NCBI GenBank assembly: GCA_013265495.1
Contig: MU058444.1
Location: 2,480,001 to 2,544,000 of the forward strand
Origin: Vicugna vicugna
Taxonomy: Eukaryota
Length of the DNA: 64,000 nucleotides
Direction: 5' to 3'
Shown: one piece after another, positions 11,651 to 23,280 of the stretch
Position numbering within the stretch: the first letter of the stretch is position 1
Layout: the number at the start of each line of letters is the position of its first letter
Made by a program: the position numbers and the translations under genes
The notes under the pieces: generated by a model
Told to the model about the DNA's origin: nothing
The model's database searches: none
The model's input: the letters and a program-made list of their open reading frames with translations, nothing else

Positions 11651-14600
11651 CAGTGATGTGCTGCAGGTGGCTTGATCTGGCTCGCAAGGATAGACTGTTA
11701 AATTTGAACTGATTGTTACACATAGCCACTATTAAAAATTCAAGTATATAAATTTAAAACTAAATAGATGATCATCACACTTAAGGTGGTAAGTGCTCAA
11801 AACTCTTCATATCCTAATGTTTACACACTTGAGATTATTTACATCCGTTGTACTGTATGGTAGAAATACTATGTAACAGTGTGGTCCTGAAGGATGATGG
11901 AAGTATTTACACCAAGGTAACTGGCAAACTACAAAGCAGGACTTGATTTATTATTTGTTGATTGTCTAAACTGAAGAAAGTGATAGATAAAATGTCAGTG
12001 AGGATTAAGCCCAAAAAGGTGGTATGTTTCTACTGCTAGACTGTATGCTATATGAAAAATTGAGGAAGTCTTCCTGTAATATTTGAAAACTCATTGATTG
12101 AATAAAGATGTTAATGTCATGGATGAATGAGTGGAGTTCTGATGTACATCTTTTTTTGCTTTCCTCTTATTCATTAATGTAAATGAAAAGATCAACCACT
12201 CTTAACATTAGAACTGTATTTACTTGTGAATCATAAGAGCAACTTCTTTGTTTAATCAGGTGATAATCAAAAATTCAGCCAGATTGTGACGTTATTATTG
12301 GCTATTGATGTTAAAAACTGACAGTGGGTCTTGTAAGAAATAGCAGGTCGAATTGAAGTCATAGGTATAAACTGAAAATCAAGGTAAGTGTTCTAGCTTA
12401 AAATTTATTTCTACAATCATATAAAGAACTCTAACAAACATTTTACATTAATTCTAGAAGTAGTATCATAAATTTTACTTACATGTGCGCAATTTTTTTT
12501 TCAGATTTTGTTCCCGAAAATGCCAAAACAATAGAGTGATTTTTTGCATTTATCAAATGTGAAGAAGATGAAAACAGACACAGAAAGTAACAATAAGAAC
12601 AAAAACCATTGTCGATTGTCTGCGTCGGTGGAATCAAATTACAAACATGTTGAACAACCAATCATTGAACAAAAACCTTCGTGTTCATCAAAAGAAGAAA
12701 TAGATACTCTTGTGCTTCCAGATTGTTGGAATGAAAAACAAGCATCTATGTTCGCAGAGCAGTACAAATGGCTCGGAATAAAAGAAGGTAAATTAGGATG
12801 TAGGGATTGTTCCACAGTTCGGCATTTGGGATCAAGGGCAGAAAAGCATGTTCACGTGTCCAAGGAGTGGGCTGCATATTTAGTAACCCCAAATGGCAGT
12901 AGTTAGACTACCAGACAAGCTTCTCGGAAAAAAATGAGGGAGCACAATGTTTCTAAAGTCCATGGTTAAATTCAGGATTTGTTAAAGGAATCAGTTAATG
13001 ACTCAATTTCTAATTTAGTACATAAACAAAGTAATAGAAGTATTGATGCTATTGTAAAGGTTTTCAGTACTGTTTATAGTTTAGTAAATCGTAACAGACC
13101 TTTATCTGATATTGAGGGAGCAATAGAATTACAAGAGAAAAATGAAGACGTCAGTTGTTTAAATACACGATACAGTGCAACAAGAATAGCAGAGCATATT
13201 GCAAAAGAAATGAAGATAAAGATATTTAAGAATATTATGGAAGAGAATGCCAAAATCTGTATTATAATTGATGAAGTATCTACAGTTCCAAAGAAAATCA
13301 CCTTAGTGATTTATCCCCAGTGCACGGTCCAGTCAACTCCTGCACTAGTTATATTATTTGTTGCTTTAAAAGAATTGGTGTCAACCACAGCAGAGTGTAT
13401 TTTCAATACGTTACTGAGTACTTTAAATGATTGTGGCTTCACCAATGAATATCTGAAAGCAAACTTAATTGCATTTTGTTCTGATGGTGCTAATACAACG
13501 TTGGGGAGAAAGTCTGGAATAGCTTCAAAGTTGTTAGAAAATTTTCCTGAAGTCGTTGTTTGGAACTGTTTAAACCATCAATTGCATTTGTCATTTGATG
13601 ATTCAATATCTGAAATAAAACAGTTAATCATTTAAAAATATTTCTTGATAAAATTTATTCCAGTTATCATCAATCTAATAAAAAGCAAAACAAGCTTCTA
13701 GAAAATGTAGCTAAAGATCTTGAAACTGAAATTGTTAAAATTGGCCGGGTAATGGGACCAAAATGGGCGGCATGTAGTTTACAAGCTGCAACCGCTGTAT
13801 GGTGAGCTTATCTTGTGTTATATATGCATTTTTCTCATTCTTATTCTGGTTTGGCAGAGAGATTAGCTAACATTAATTTCTTGCAAGAGCTTGCTTTAAT
13901 GATTGACATTCTTGAAGAATTTTCAGTCCTTTCAACAGCATTACATTCAGAAAGCACAAAAACTGATCAAATGCACCATGAGAGCCTTGGAAAATTTAAA
14001 AATTGGTACTGGAAAGCATGAATCTCAAATTGAAGGTTTGATTAAGTCAGATAAGTTTAAAGATACTCCATTTAATAAAAATAATAAATTTAATGCCCTT
14101 GCTAGGAATCCATTACTAGAAAATGTAACTCAACACATGAACTTAACGTCTTTTATCCGACAGAAACCATGATATTTTTAATTATTTTGATTTGCTAGAA
14201 CCTTCTACGTGGCCTTATGAAGAAATAACCTCACCATGGGTAACTGGTGGAAAAAAAGATTATTTCATCTGTGTGAAATTTTAAAATTTGAAATTGATTT
14301 GAATGATTTTTGGGAATTTGTAAATAATAATATAAAGTCAGACAATGTTTCAATTCCTGCAACTGTACAGAAAGCTAAAAAGATAGCATCATTGCAGTCA
14401 ACACTGCTGAAGCTGAAAGAGGTTTCCATTTAATGAACATAATTTGTACAAGGGTGAGAAATAGTTTAACAATAGATCATGTATCAGATTTAATGACAGT
14501 AAATTTGTTGGGAAAAGAGTTAGCCGATTGGGATGCAATTCCCTTTGTAAAATCCTGGTCAAATTGCAACCATAGGGTGGTTACGGATACAAGAGTTCTG

Positions 14601-14762
14601 CAAAAGTCAGCAAAAGCCTCTGAGAATCAGTTTGCTATATGGAACTTACAATAAAGAGTGTTGCATATGCTTTTATCTTTGGAAATTGTGTGCTACACAT
14701 CATATATATATATTTTTTTTTGAAAGCCAGTTAATTAAACTTTTATTATCAGCATGTTACTG
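11651..14762 (+). mobile_element. Full-length hAT DNA transposon (Blackjack/MER63-like) carrying the KIAA1586 transposase exon
   Basis: Imperfect TIRs cagtgatgtgctg (11651-11663) and cagcatgttactg (14750-14762), 10/13 match as reverse complements; the subterminal sequences resemble the recalled MER63/Blackjack consensus; ZNF451 intron 3 is collinear across both ends. Confidence 0.8.
12505..14654 (+). pseudogene. KIAA1586: KIAA1586 terminal exon: disrupted hAT transposase
   Basis: Acceptor ttttttcag| at 12504; ORF-track fragments 12544-12906, 12979-13635, 13815-14021, 13903-14172, 14236-14433 and 14433-14654 are consecutive pieces of one reading frame; AATAAA (14650-14655) overlaps the terminal TAA. 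Confidence 0.92.
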
Positions 14763-14780
14763 TTGAAAAAGCATTCTCCA

Positions 14781-14912
14781 GGGCAGGGAGGGTATAGCTC
14801 AATTGTAGAGAACGTGCTTGCACGAGGTCCTGGGTGCAAACCCCAGTACCTCCTCTGAAAATAAATAAATAAACTTGATTACCTTCCCCCACCTCCAAAA
14901 AAAAAAAAAAAA
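14781..14912 (+). mobile_element. Camelid tRNA-derived SINE (Vic-1-like)
   Basis: gggagggtatagctcaattgtagag...gaggtcctgggtgcaaaccccagtacctcc, A tail; 15-bp TSD aaaa(a/g)gcattc(t/g)cca at 14766-14780 and 14909-14923. Confidence 0.9.
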
Positions 14913-15187
14913 GGCATTCGCCAAAGAGATAAAGTTGATTGTTTTTAGGAGCTGTAGTTTTTTAGAAGTTGGCCCTTGTCTGCTAGAGTGGGCCATCATA
15001 ATACATATTTCAAGGAATCCTGTATAGAACATCCAACAATTTCCACTTTTGCTTTGTTGTACTTTTCGTGAGGCTACTAAAGAGTAACATAACCCAGGTA
15101 ACTTCTAAGCCCTGGGGGTTATATCAAATAAAAGAGAAATGGAAGAAAAACCGCAAGCATTTTGGCTTTTGTTTCTCACTTCCCTGT

Positions 15188-17530
15188 CTGTGCTACCTAA
15201 TACGGTAACCACTAGCAACGTGTGGCTATTTGAAATAAATGCCTTAGAACTAAGAAAGTAGACTTTATTCAATTAATTGCGATTAAATGTAAAAACTAAA
15301 GCTGTGTAACATTTTTGTTTAACTCAACTTGAGTTTTTTTAGAAATACATTTAGCTTTATTATCTTGTGTAAGAGATGCTCATTGTGCAGTGTGCCTGTG
15401 TGATGTCTAGTGTTACGCATAAACACTGATTGAGTTGGTGTCAACAGGTAGATTAAGCGTAAATTAATTTTTTCCATGACTCAGTGTAACGTAGTGTGTT
15501 TAACGTGAATATTTTATACTGACAACAGGAATTAGTGATTACTTATGTAAATCATAACTGGTAATTAAATTGAAATACTTGTTTTAATTATTTTTTTTTA
15601 GTGTAGACATGGATATGGACACATGTTAAAATTTAAATGAAGGCAAACTGAAAAAGTCAAGTAGAGCTGCAGAAGCTAATACTCCAACTGGAACAGTAAA
15701 CAAAAAGGCCGGAAGAAGATATGTTGCAGATGAATGACAATTGCAGTTTGCTTTGGCAGAGGAAAACAAGCTATTATTTAACAAAAAATAAGAGTGAAGT
15801 GGACAAAATTGAGACAGTTCCAGCAAATGTGTAATGAATGAAGTTATCTCTCAAAGGTCAAAAAAGAATTGAAATTTAGTCACTTGAAATCACAATGAAA
15901 TGTTTTTAAGCAATGTTTCAAAGGATTGACTTAGTTAAGTTTGATCAGATATGAAACAGCTTGGATTCCTACACGAAAAAGAACTCATTTTAGATGGGCA
16001 GGTAGCAAAATAAATTATTTCAGTTAGAGAAATTGTCAGAGAAATAGGAGTTAAAGCCTAAAAATGTTTTCTAATTAAAGTACAAAGTCTTTATTTGTCA
16101 CCAAATTTTGCTTGTAATATACAGGGATTTCTAACAAAATTAAAATTGATTGATTCAAAATCTGAAAAATTACAGGTACTTTAGCTTTAGGTAAGTAATG
16201 TAATAGAAGAGATCCTGTCCAAGTAGTATTTGGAGTACATTTTGTCTCATAAGATGTAAAAATTTATGAGTCAATTTCAATTCGTGGCCTGAGAGGTCAA
16301 ACTTGTATAGCTATATTTTAATCTTTTAAATGTATCGGAAGAGTTTCAGCTAGATAAGAAAAAAATTATTTTCTATCACAATAAATAGCATTCCAGTTCG
16401 GTTAGGTCAAAAGTCAGAGATTTCATTGGATTTTTTTTAATAAGCCTGGTATTTTCTCTTATTTCTTCATCCCTCTGTGTGATTGGTGCAGTTTTCTGAA
16501 ATGGTCCCTGTGACAGGTGTCCTGGGTACAGCCGTTAAGTGCTAAGTGCTGTGAGTCCACATCAGTTTATAGGGTTGCTGAAGAACTAAAGGGCAGTGAG
16601 TTTAGTGATCTTGTGTACTCTGCCAGTTGGTTGAATTGTGGAAGAGTCTACAAAACTTACTGTACTGTTGCTAACACCAGTTCAAGATTTTCTTGCAACA
16701 ACAGAAATGCTAGCCAGATATTAACAGTCAAAGGGAAATGGCAGTTTGCTTAGTCCCCAGTACCACATGGCGTGTGAATGAATGGTGTAAATTTGAAGCT
16801 CCAAGGAAGGGAAAATGCCTGCTTGCGCTACCTAGACAAGTACTAGGATTTACTTTGAAACTGAAACTTTAAAAAATAAAAATCAGAATAATTTTACATT
16901 TTTCTAATACGAATCAGTGTGCATAGGATTTTAACTGTTTTGACATTGCTATATAAATTTACTATAAAAACCACAAGAAAATTTTGGAAAATGTTTCATT
17001 TATTGATAAATTTAGAGTTGCTTTTCAGTTTACTCAGTAACTCTAAATTCAGTCTTAACAAGACTGAGCGTCGACACAAGATTTATTGGATTTACTTAAC
17101 TTGGACAAAGGTATTTCCAAACTGATGTGCTTTTGCTCTGAAGGCAAATCAATTTAAAAAATGAGTAGGGTTTTTTTTTGGTGTGGATTTAAACAATAAA
17201 GGAAATTATTTTCTTTCAGTTGTTGGCAAACTTAACTGTGTTTGGAACAATTTGGATATATGAATCTACTTTTTTCAAATGTAAATTTTATGAAATTTAT
17301 GTACAAATCAAGTACTTGTGATGAAAAAGGCACTGAGATGAATCCAGATAAGCTTTAAGTATAAAACACATGTAGCATGTAAATTGTTCACATTTACAAC
17401 TATATTGATAACGTGAAGTAATATTATGGGTAAATTGAGTTAAATAAAATATTAAAGTTAATGTCATCTATTTATTTTAACTTTAGAATTACATATAAGG
17501 CTTATATCATAGTTCTGATGCCCAGTACTG
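15188..17530 (+). mobile_element. Degenerate hAT-Charlie DNA transposon (Charlie5/MER33-like)
   Basis: Left end ctgtgctacctaatacggtaaccactagc and right end ...gaattacatataaggcttatatcatagttctgatgcccagtactg resemble MER3/MER33 termini; decayed transposase motifs SWLNCGRV (~16625; RWLSRG-like) and FGTIWIYEST (~17240). Confidence 0.7.
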
Positions 17531-18019
17531 CTCTGTATGATGTTACTGTCAAATCTGGGTTTCTCTAATCCAGACCTCACTCTTGACTTCAGGATCCATA
17601 GTCACCTGCCTTGTCATTTTCATAGGTTGTCCCATAGGTGTCCCAGCCTGCCTATGTCCAAAGCTGAACTTAGTCCCTCACCATGTCTGTTTTGGAGAAT
17701 GGCACAACTGTCCATCTTGTTTCTCAAACTAGAACCTCAGAAGATATTTGAAACCTTTTCGTCATCTTCTTGCCTTCTCTCTTTCACCTTTTAAGTATCT
17801 CTGAATCTATATTTTCCTCATTGTCACCACTGCAGTTATCTTAGTCCAAGCCCTTGTTTTTCTTGCATAGGGTAACATAACATAATAACTTCCCAACAAG
17901 TCTTCCTACCGTCACCCTTGCCCCTTCCTAATCCGTACTTCACAGTAACTCAGGACTGGCCATTCCGAAAACCACATTTATTCTTACAACTTTTATTGGT
18001 CAAGAAGACATTCAGACTC

Positions 18020-18070
18020 GTCTCCAGCCATACCACCCTGAACGCACCCCATCTCGTCTGATCTCAGAAG
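18020..18070 (+). pseudogene. 3'-truncated (tailless) 5S rRNA retropseudogene
   Basis: gtctccagccataccaccctgaacgcaccccatctcgtctgatctcagaag matches 5S nt 1-51 with 5 mismatches; 18-bp TSD aagaagacattca(g/a)actc at 18002-18019 and 18068-18085. Confidence 0.9.
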
Positions 18071-19302
18071 AAGACATTCAAACTCAGATAACAGAAAACC
18101 CTGGTTAAATCAGTTAGATGGACTTATCTTGAATGACAGGAAACCTGGAGAAGGCTGCAGGCTTTCCTCGAGTAGCTCGATGGCGTCATTGCTGAGTTAT
18201 CCGGGATGCTTTGGGCCTTTCCCGGAGGGTTGCAGGATGGCTGGTTTTACACATGCTGGGTTTCAGGCTAGAAGGCAAGGGGAGGAGCAAGCCCTGAATA
18301 TCAGGAAATCAAAAGCTTCGCGGGAGACTTTTCAAGTAGATTTGCATTTACTGGCCAGAGCTATATCAGCCCGGCCATCCCTCATTGCAACAGAGGCTCA
18401 GAGGCTGATCCTTCACCTCTCCTAGCGTCTATAGTAAAGCTAGGCAAGGGAGAGAGGGGACAGGATGGTGGGTTAGCCAGTCTGCGAGGCGTGCCCTGTT
18501 TCTCCCCTCCTGAAAGTCCTTCACTACTTCCCCACTTTCTTCAGGATAGTAAAGTTCAACCTTTCTGGTCCTCTTAATAATAGTTCAGTTTGTTTTGTCT
18601 TTCCCCCCTACTAGGTAGTGAGTTTCCTGAAAAGAATCTGTACCTGGTTATTAGCAGTGTCTAGCACATGGTAGAGGCTCAGTAAACGCTTGCTTAGTAT
18701 TTAAAGTTTACTATATCAGTTCATTTTTATGACTTGTTTACATCTCTAAATATTCCTGATTTTCAGTGAACTAACGGAAAGAAGATAACTTTTCAGTTTT
18801 TAATTTCAGATATGTAGTTGTGCCTTAATTAACATTTCCTGTTTGCTCTGAAGATATATTGAGGTACTCTTAAAATGAGTTGGAAATATTTCCTGTTTAA
18901 TATTGAAGAGATGTCCATGGTTTGGACAGAATTTTCAAGATTTTTATATTTAGCATTAAAACAATTGCAATTGATAACGTGGAAAATAACACATTTTATA
19001 CCCAATTTACTTTATAATTGATACTGGTCTCTGATTCTATTGCTTAAATTTGTATTTCAGTTTACAAACACATTGATGCCGAGTGATATTTATTTGTCAT
19101 GAGTTAATGAGGAGGGTCAGCAACAGTCTTAATATGTAATTTATGTGTTTATCCACATTAGGGGAAAATGGTGCACTTTGGTAATCTTAAAATTTTAAGA
19201 AGTGGTGCAGTTTTGATGGAAAAGCATGAGAAATTATAAATAGGCCAGTATAAAAGACCATTTTTCTTGTTAATTTATTTAAAATAAAGCAAAAGTTATA
19301 AC

Positions 19303-19768
19303 TGTTGACTGAAATAAATGTGCAGCGTAAAAGTTGAGAGTTACGGTTTATTTGGCAGGACTCCAGCCAGGATGACAGCCTCTCAGATTGCTCTGAGGGG
19401 CTGCTCCGAAGAGCTAGGGGAGGAGCAGGATATACAGGAGCTTTACAACAAAGACCAGGTAGTTGGAACAAAAAAGATTACTTGTTATCTAAAGAAAACC
19501 TCAGTTAAAGAATTTAGTGCTTTTCTATGTATGGGAGGAAGCAAACATTTGGGCCCATTGAATTCATCCCTTTGACAAGCACCTAGCTACCTAGGGCCAG
19601 TATCCTGTCCTTTCTTATTCTGAGTCCCCTCAGGGGGCACCACTGCGAGTGGCTGCAGAGGCTGGGCTGCAGGCTTGTCTTCACTGGGGGGTGGCGGCAG
19701 CCGCTGATGACTTGATGGCTTCAGCCTTCTTTGTTTACTGATATGGTTTGCAGTATTTTTCGTTCACG
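19303..19768 (-). mobile_element. Solo ERV1-type LTR (family B, copy 1)
   Basis: Starts tgttgactgaaa...aaaagttgagagtta...tttatt (reverse-strand AATAAA); homologous to 60200-60683. Confidence 0.75.
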
Positions 19769-19769
19769 G

Positions 19770-22700
19770 AACATTGTTTTGTCATATGTGCTAGACACAT
19801 GACCACTAGAGCATAAAACAGTGGGGGCCATGGTATAGGGAAATATATGGTGGCAGTGTTTCTATGTGTTCTACATGATGTGGTACAATGTTAACTAAGT
19901 AGAAAGATAAGTATGCTGTAATGCTTAGAGCAATTTTTAAAAGAATGCAGAGAGGTATAACTAAAAAATAAAAATAAAATGGATTTTTTTAATGTTTAAA
20001 TATTTTTTAAACAGGAAAAGGTACAGAAGAAGCAAAACAAGACAAACAAAACTATTACAATTATTGATTTAAATATAGCCATAGCAATAATTGCATTAAT
20101 TACTAATGGTCTAAACACACCAATTAATATGGCAGAGATTACCAAAATGAAAAAATAGCAGGACTCAACAATATCTGTCCACAAGAAACAGAGTTTAGAT
20201 ATAAAATCACAGGTTGAAGGTAAATGGATGGGGAAATGTACTTTGCTCTATTCCTCCTGCTGTGTACAACTAAAACCCCTGAACATTATGTATAAACATA
20301 AGAAAATGGAAAGATGGAGAGAAGGCAGACCAGCTAGGGACCTTAGAACTCATAGAATGACAGAGTGGTGAGTTCCCTGAATTTTCTGTTTGCCTCATAT
20401 ATCTCAGGCTTGGAACAGAAGAAGCTGGCAACCTGTAAATGCTAATGGATGCAGACAGAAAAAGCCTGCCCTCTGTGATCAAAGGATCAGGAAAGGGCAG
20501 GCTAGCAAGACAGAAAACATTATTTTATACACTAACCTCGCTACTTCAGCCCGATACAACAGAAGACACCGTAGCTTCAACCAAACCACCAGAGGCCAAG
20601 TGAGGAGCCTGGACTTCCATCTCTGCCGGCTTCTAATGAGGTACCACTGACCTGCAGCCCACCCCACGGGGGTGGTGTCCGAGGAGGCCTACTGGAGAGT
20701 CATGACTTTGACCTTTGCTCAGCATTAAGGCGCCCCATCCCCTTCACGTGCTAACAGAAGCTAACTAGGCAGCCTGGGCTTCCTCACTCCCTGGGAGTAA
20801 CGAGGCAACAAACAGCATCCCCCTTTTTGCTCCTGAAGTGTGACTGAGGAAACCAAATGAGCAGGAAGTTTATGATCTAGAGTCTCCTAGTATGATAACC
20901 GATATGTCTATGTCGGTTTCAATAAACAGTCAGTGTCATTGCTAGAACCAGGAATATCTTGAATAAAAAAAGACAACCAATAGATACCAACCTTGAGTTG
21001 ACATAGATGTCTGACAGAGATTTCAAAGCAGCTGTCAAGTGCTTCAATAAGCAATTAAGAACATGCTTGAAACGGATGAAAACACAGAATTTTTCAGCAC
21101 AGAAATAGAAGTCTCAGCAGAGAGCGAGGAACCAAATGGAAATTTTAGTAATGAAAAACACAATAACTCAAATAAAAATCTCAGCGGATTGACTCAACAG
21201 AAGAGGAAGGAATCAGTGAACTTGAAGATAAAAACAATCGAAATCGCGCAATCTGAACAACAGAGGAAATAGACTGGGGGGAAAAGAAAGAACCCAGCTA
21301 GCCTCAGGGGCCTGGGAGGCTGTAACAGATGATCTAATCTTCATGTGGTGAGAGGGCCAGGAGGGGAGGGCAGAGGGCAGGGCTGAAAAAGTATATGAAG
21401 AAACATGGTCTGAAAACTTCCCCCATTGAGCAAAGACAAACCTCAATTCAGGAAGCTGGGTGAATTTTCAACAGGATAAATCCACAGAAATCCAGACCAA
21501 CATACGTCAGAGTCAAACTTTGGAAAGCTAAAGACAAAAATCTTGAAAGCACTGAGGAAGAAAGACCTTATATATAGAGGAAAATAATTTGAATGGCAGA
21601 AGCGGCCACAAGGAAGTGGCACAAGGTTTTTCAAATACTGAAAGAACTGTCAACACAGAGTACTGAATCTGGTGAAAATTTCCTTCAGGGATGAAGGAGA
21701 AATCAAAACATTCTCACGTGAAGGAAAACAGAAAATTTGTCATCAACAGACCAATGCTGAATGAATAGTTAAAGGAAGTTCTGTAAACAAATGATTAAGG
21801 GAGGAATCTTGGAACATCATGCAGGAAGAAAACATATTATATATTATATATGTTCATGTATAACTGAAAAATTGTGCTGAACACTGGAATTTGACACAAC
21901 ATTGTAAAATTATTATAAATCAATAAAAAATTTTTTAAAAATGAAGGAAGAAAATACAGTAAATAAAAAATAAGGGTAAGCGTGAAGCAGTATTGTGTTA
22001 TTTGGAAGTGGACTCAGATTTGTTGTAAATGTATGTTGCAAACACTAGAGAAACCACATAAATTTTTTAAAAGTGTAGTTGATATATTAAGAGAGGAGAT
22101 AAAATAGAACATATAAAATGCTCAGTTAAAACCGGAAAAAGCAGGAAAAGCATGAAAAACAAAACACACACACACAAAAGAAAAGAACAAGGTAACACAG
22201 AAGTTACAAATCTAGTAAATATACTAATTAAAAGAGACTATTGAGTAGATTTTTTAATTTTTTAATTAAGTTTTTAAACAAGATCCAACTATATGTTGTC
22301 TACAAGAAGTACATAGGTATAAATCTTACAAAATGTGTAAGATGTATATGAGGAAAACTAAAATTCTAATAAAAAAATCAAAGAAGATCTAAGTAAATGG
22401 AGGGATATTCTAGGTTCATGGATAGCAAGCCTCAATTAAGGGATCTGTTATTCCAATTTAATTTATAAATTCAATACAATCCTGATCAAAATTCCAGCAA
22501 GTTATTTTTTGGGTATCAGCAGACTGAGTCTCAGGTTTATATGGAGAGGCAGAGACTCAGAATAGCCAACACAGTTTTAAAGAAAAAGAACAAAGTTGGA
22601 GGCGTGACTCTATCCAACTTCATGACTTATTTTAAAGCAACAGTTTTGTATTGGCAAAAGAGTAGACAAATAGATCAACAGAACAGAATGCAGAACCCAG

Positions 22701-23280
22701 AAACAGACCCACAAACATGTAATTTACTGACCTTTGACACAGGAGCAGAAGCAATTCAATGGGAGAAGGGTAGTCTTTTCAGCAGGTGGTGCTGAAAGAA
22801 ACAAACGTCTACATGCACAAAAAGCCTGTGGTACATTTACAGCATCAAATACTCAGCAATGAAAGGGAACAAACTATTGCTCCTTAAAACAACTTAGATG
22901 AATCTCTAGAAAATCATTCTGAGTGAAAAAAGTCAATCTCAGATGATTACATATTGTATGATTCCATTTGCATAACATTCTTGAAGTGACAAAATCCTTA
23001 AAATGGAGAGCAGATTAGTGGTTGCCAGGGGTTAAGGAGGTGGTGTGAATGGGAGGGAAGTGAGTGTGACTATAACAGGGCAACGTTAGGGGTCTTGTGG
23101 TGGAAATATTGTACATCTTGACTGTATCTCTCAGTATCCTGGTCGTGAAACTGTACTGTAGTTTTGCAGGATTCACCAAGGTGGGTCTGAGAAGATGCAT
23201 GATTATCCCTGGGTAGTGAACTCCTTACAACCACATGTGATTCTACAATTATCTCAAAAGAAAAATTTAATTAAAAAAAA
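19770..23280 (+). mobile_element. Old L1 (L1MC/MD-like) pieces: 5' UTR, ORF1, ORF2 fragments and 3' UTR
   Basis: ORF1-like KRKESVNLKIKTIEIAQSEQQR (21063 ORF); ORF2-like RIANTVLKKKNKVGGVTLSNF (22541 ORF); 3' UTR gtggttgccaggggtt. Confidence 0.8.
21833..21940 (+). mobile_element. Young 5'-truncated L1 3' end nested in the old L1
   Basis: atgtataactgaaaaattgtgctgaacactggaatttgacacaacattgtaaa...caataaaaaa; 14-bp TSD atg(c/a)aggaagaaaa at 21819-21832 and 21941-21954. Confidence 0.75.

Larger units (their letters stand above)
8514..14654 (+). pseudogene. KIAA1586: KIAA1586 pseudogene (ZNF451-type SUMO E3 N-terminus fused to a hAT transposase)
   Basis: Exon 1 8514-8534 (MGDPGPE|gtgagt); exon 2 absent; exon 3 11528-11608 with TGA at 11540; last exon 12505-14654 whose ORF fragments match recalled KIAA1586 ([41 protein letters not shown]). 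Stops at 12532, 12904, 12967, 13803; frameshifts near 13624, 13950, 14146, 14250, 14390. Confidence 0.92.

Noticed and set aside
12544..14654. Six separate ORFs that could be read as an operon-like cluster or an active transposase
   Set aside because: They are fragments of one disrupted KIAA1586 exon.
14785..14855. tRNA-like sequence with A and B boxes (also at 10350, 27950, 56130, 57295)
   Set aside because: SINE heads with tails and TSDs, not tRNA genes.
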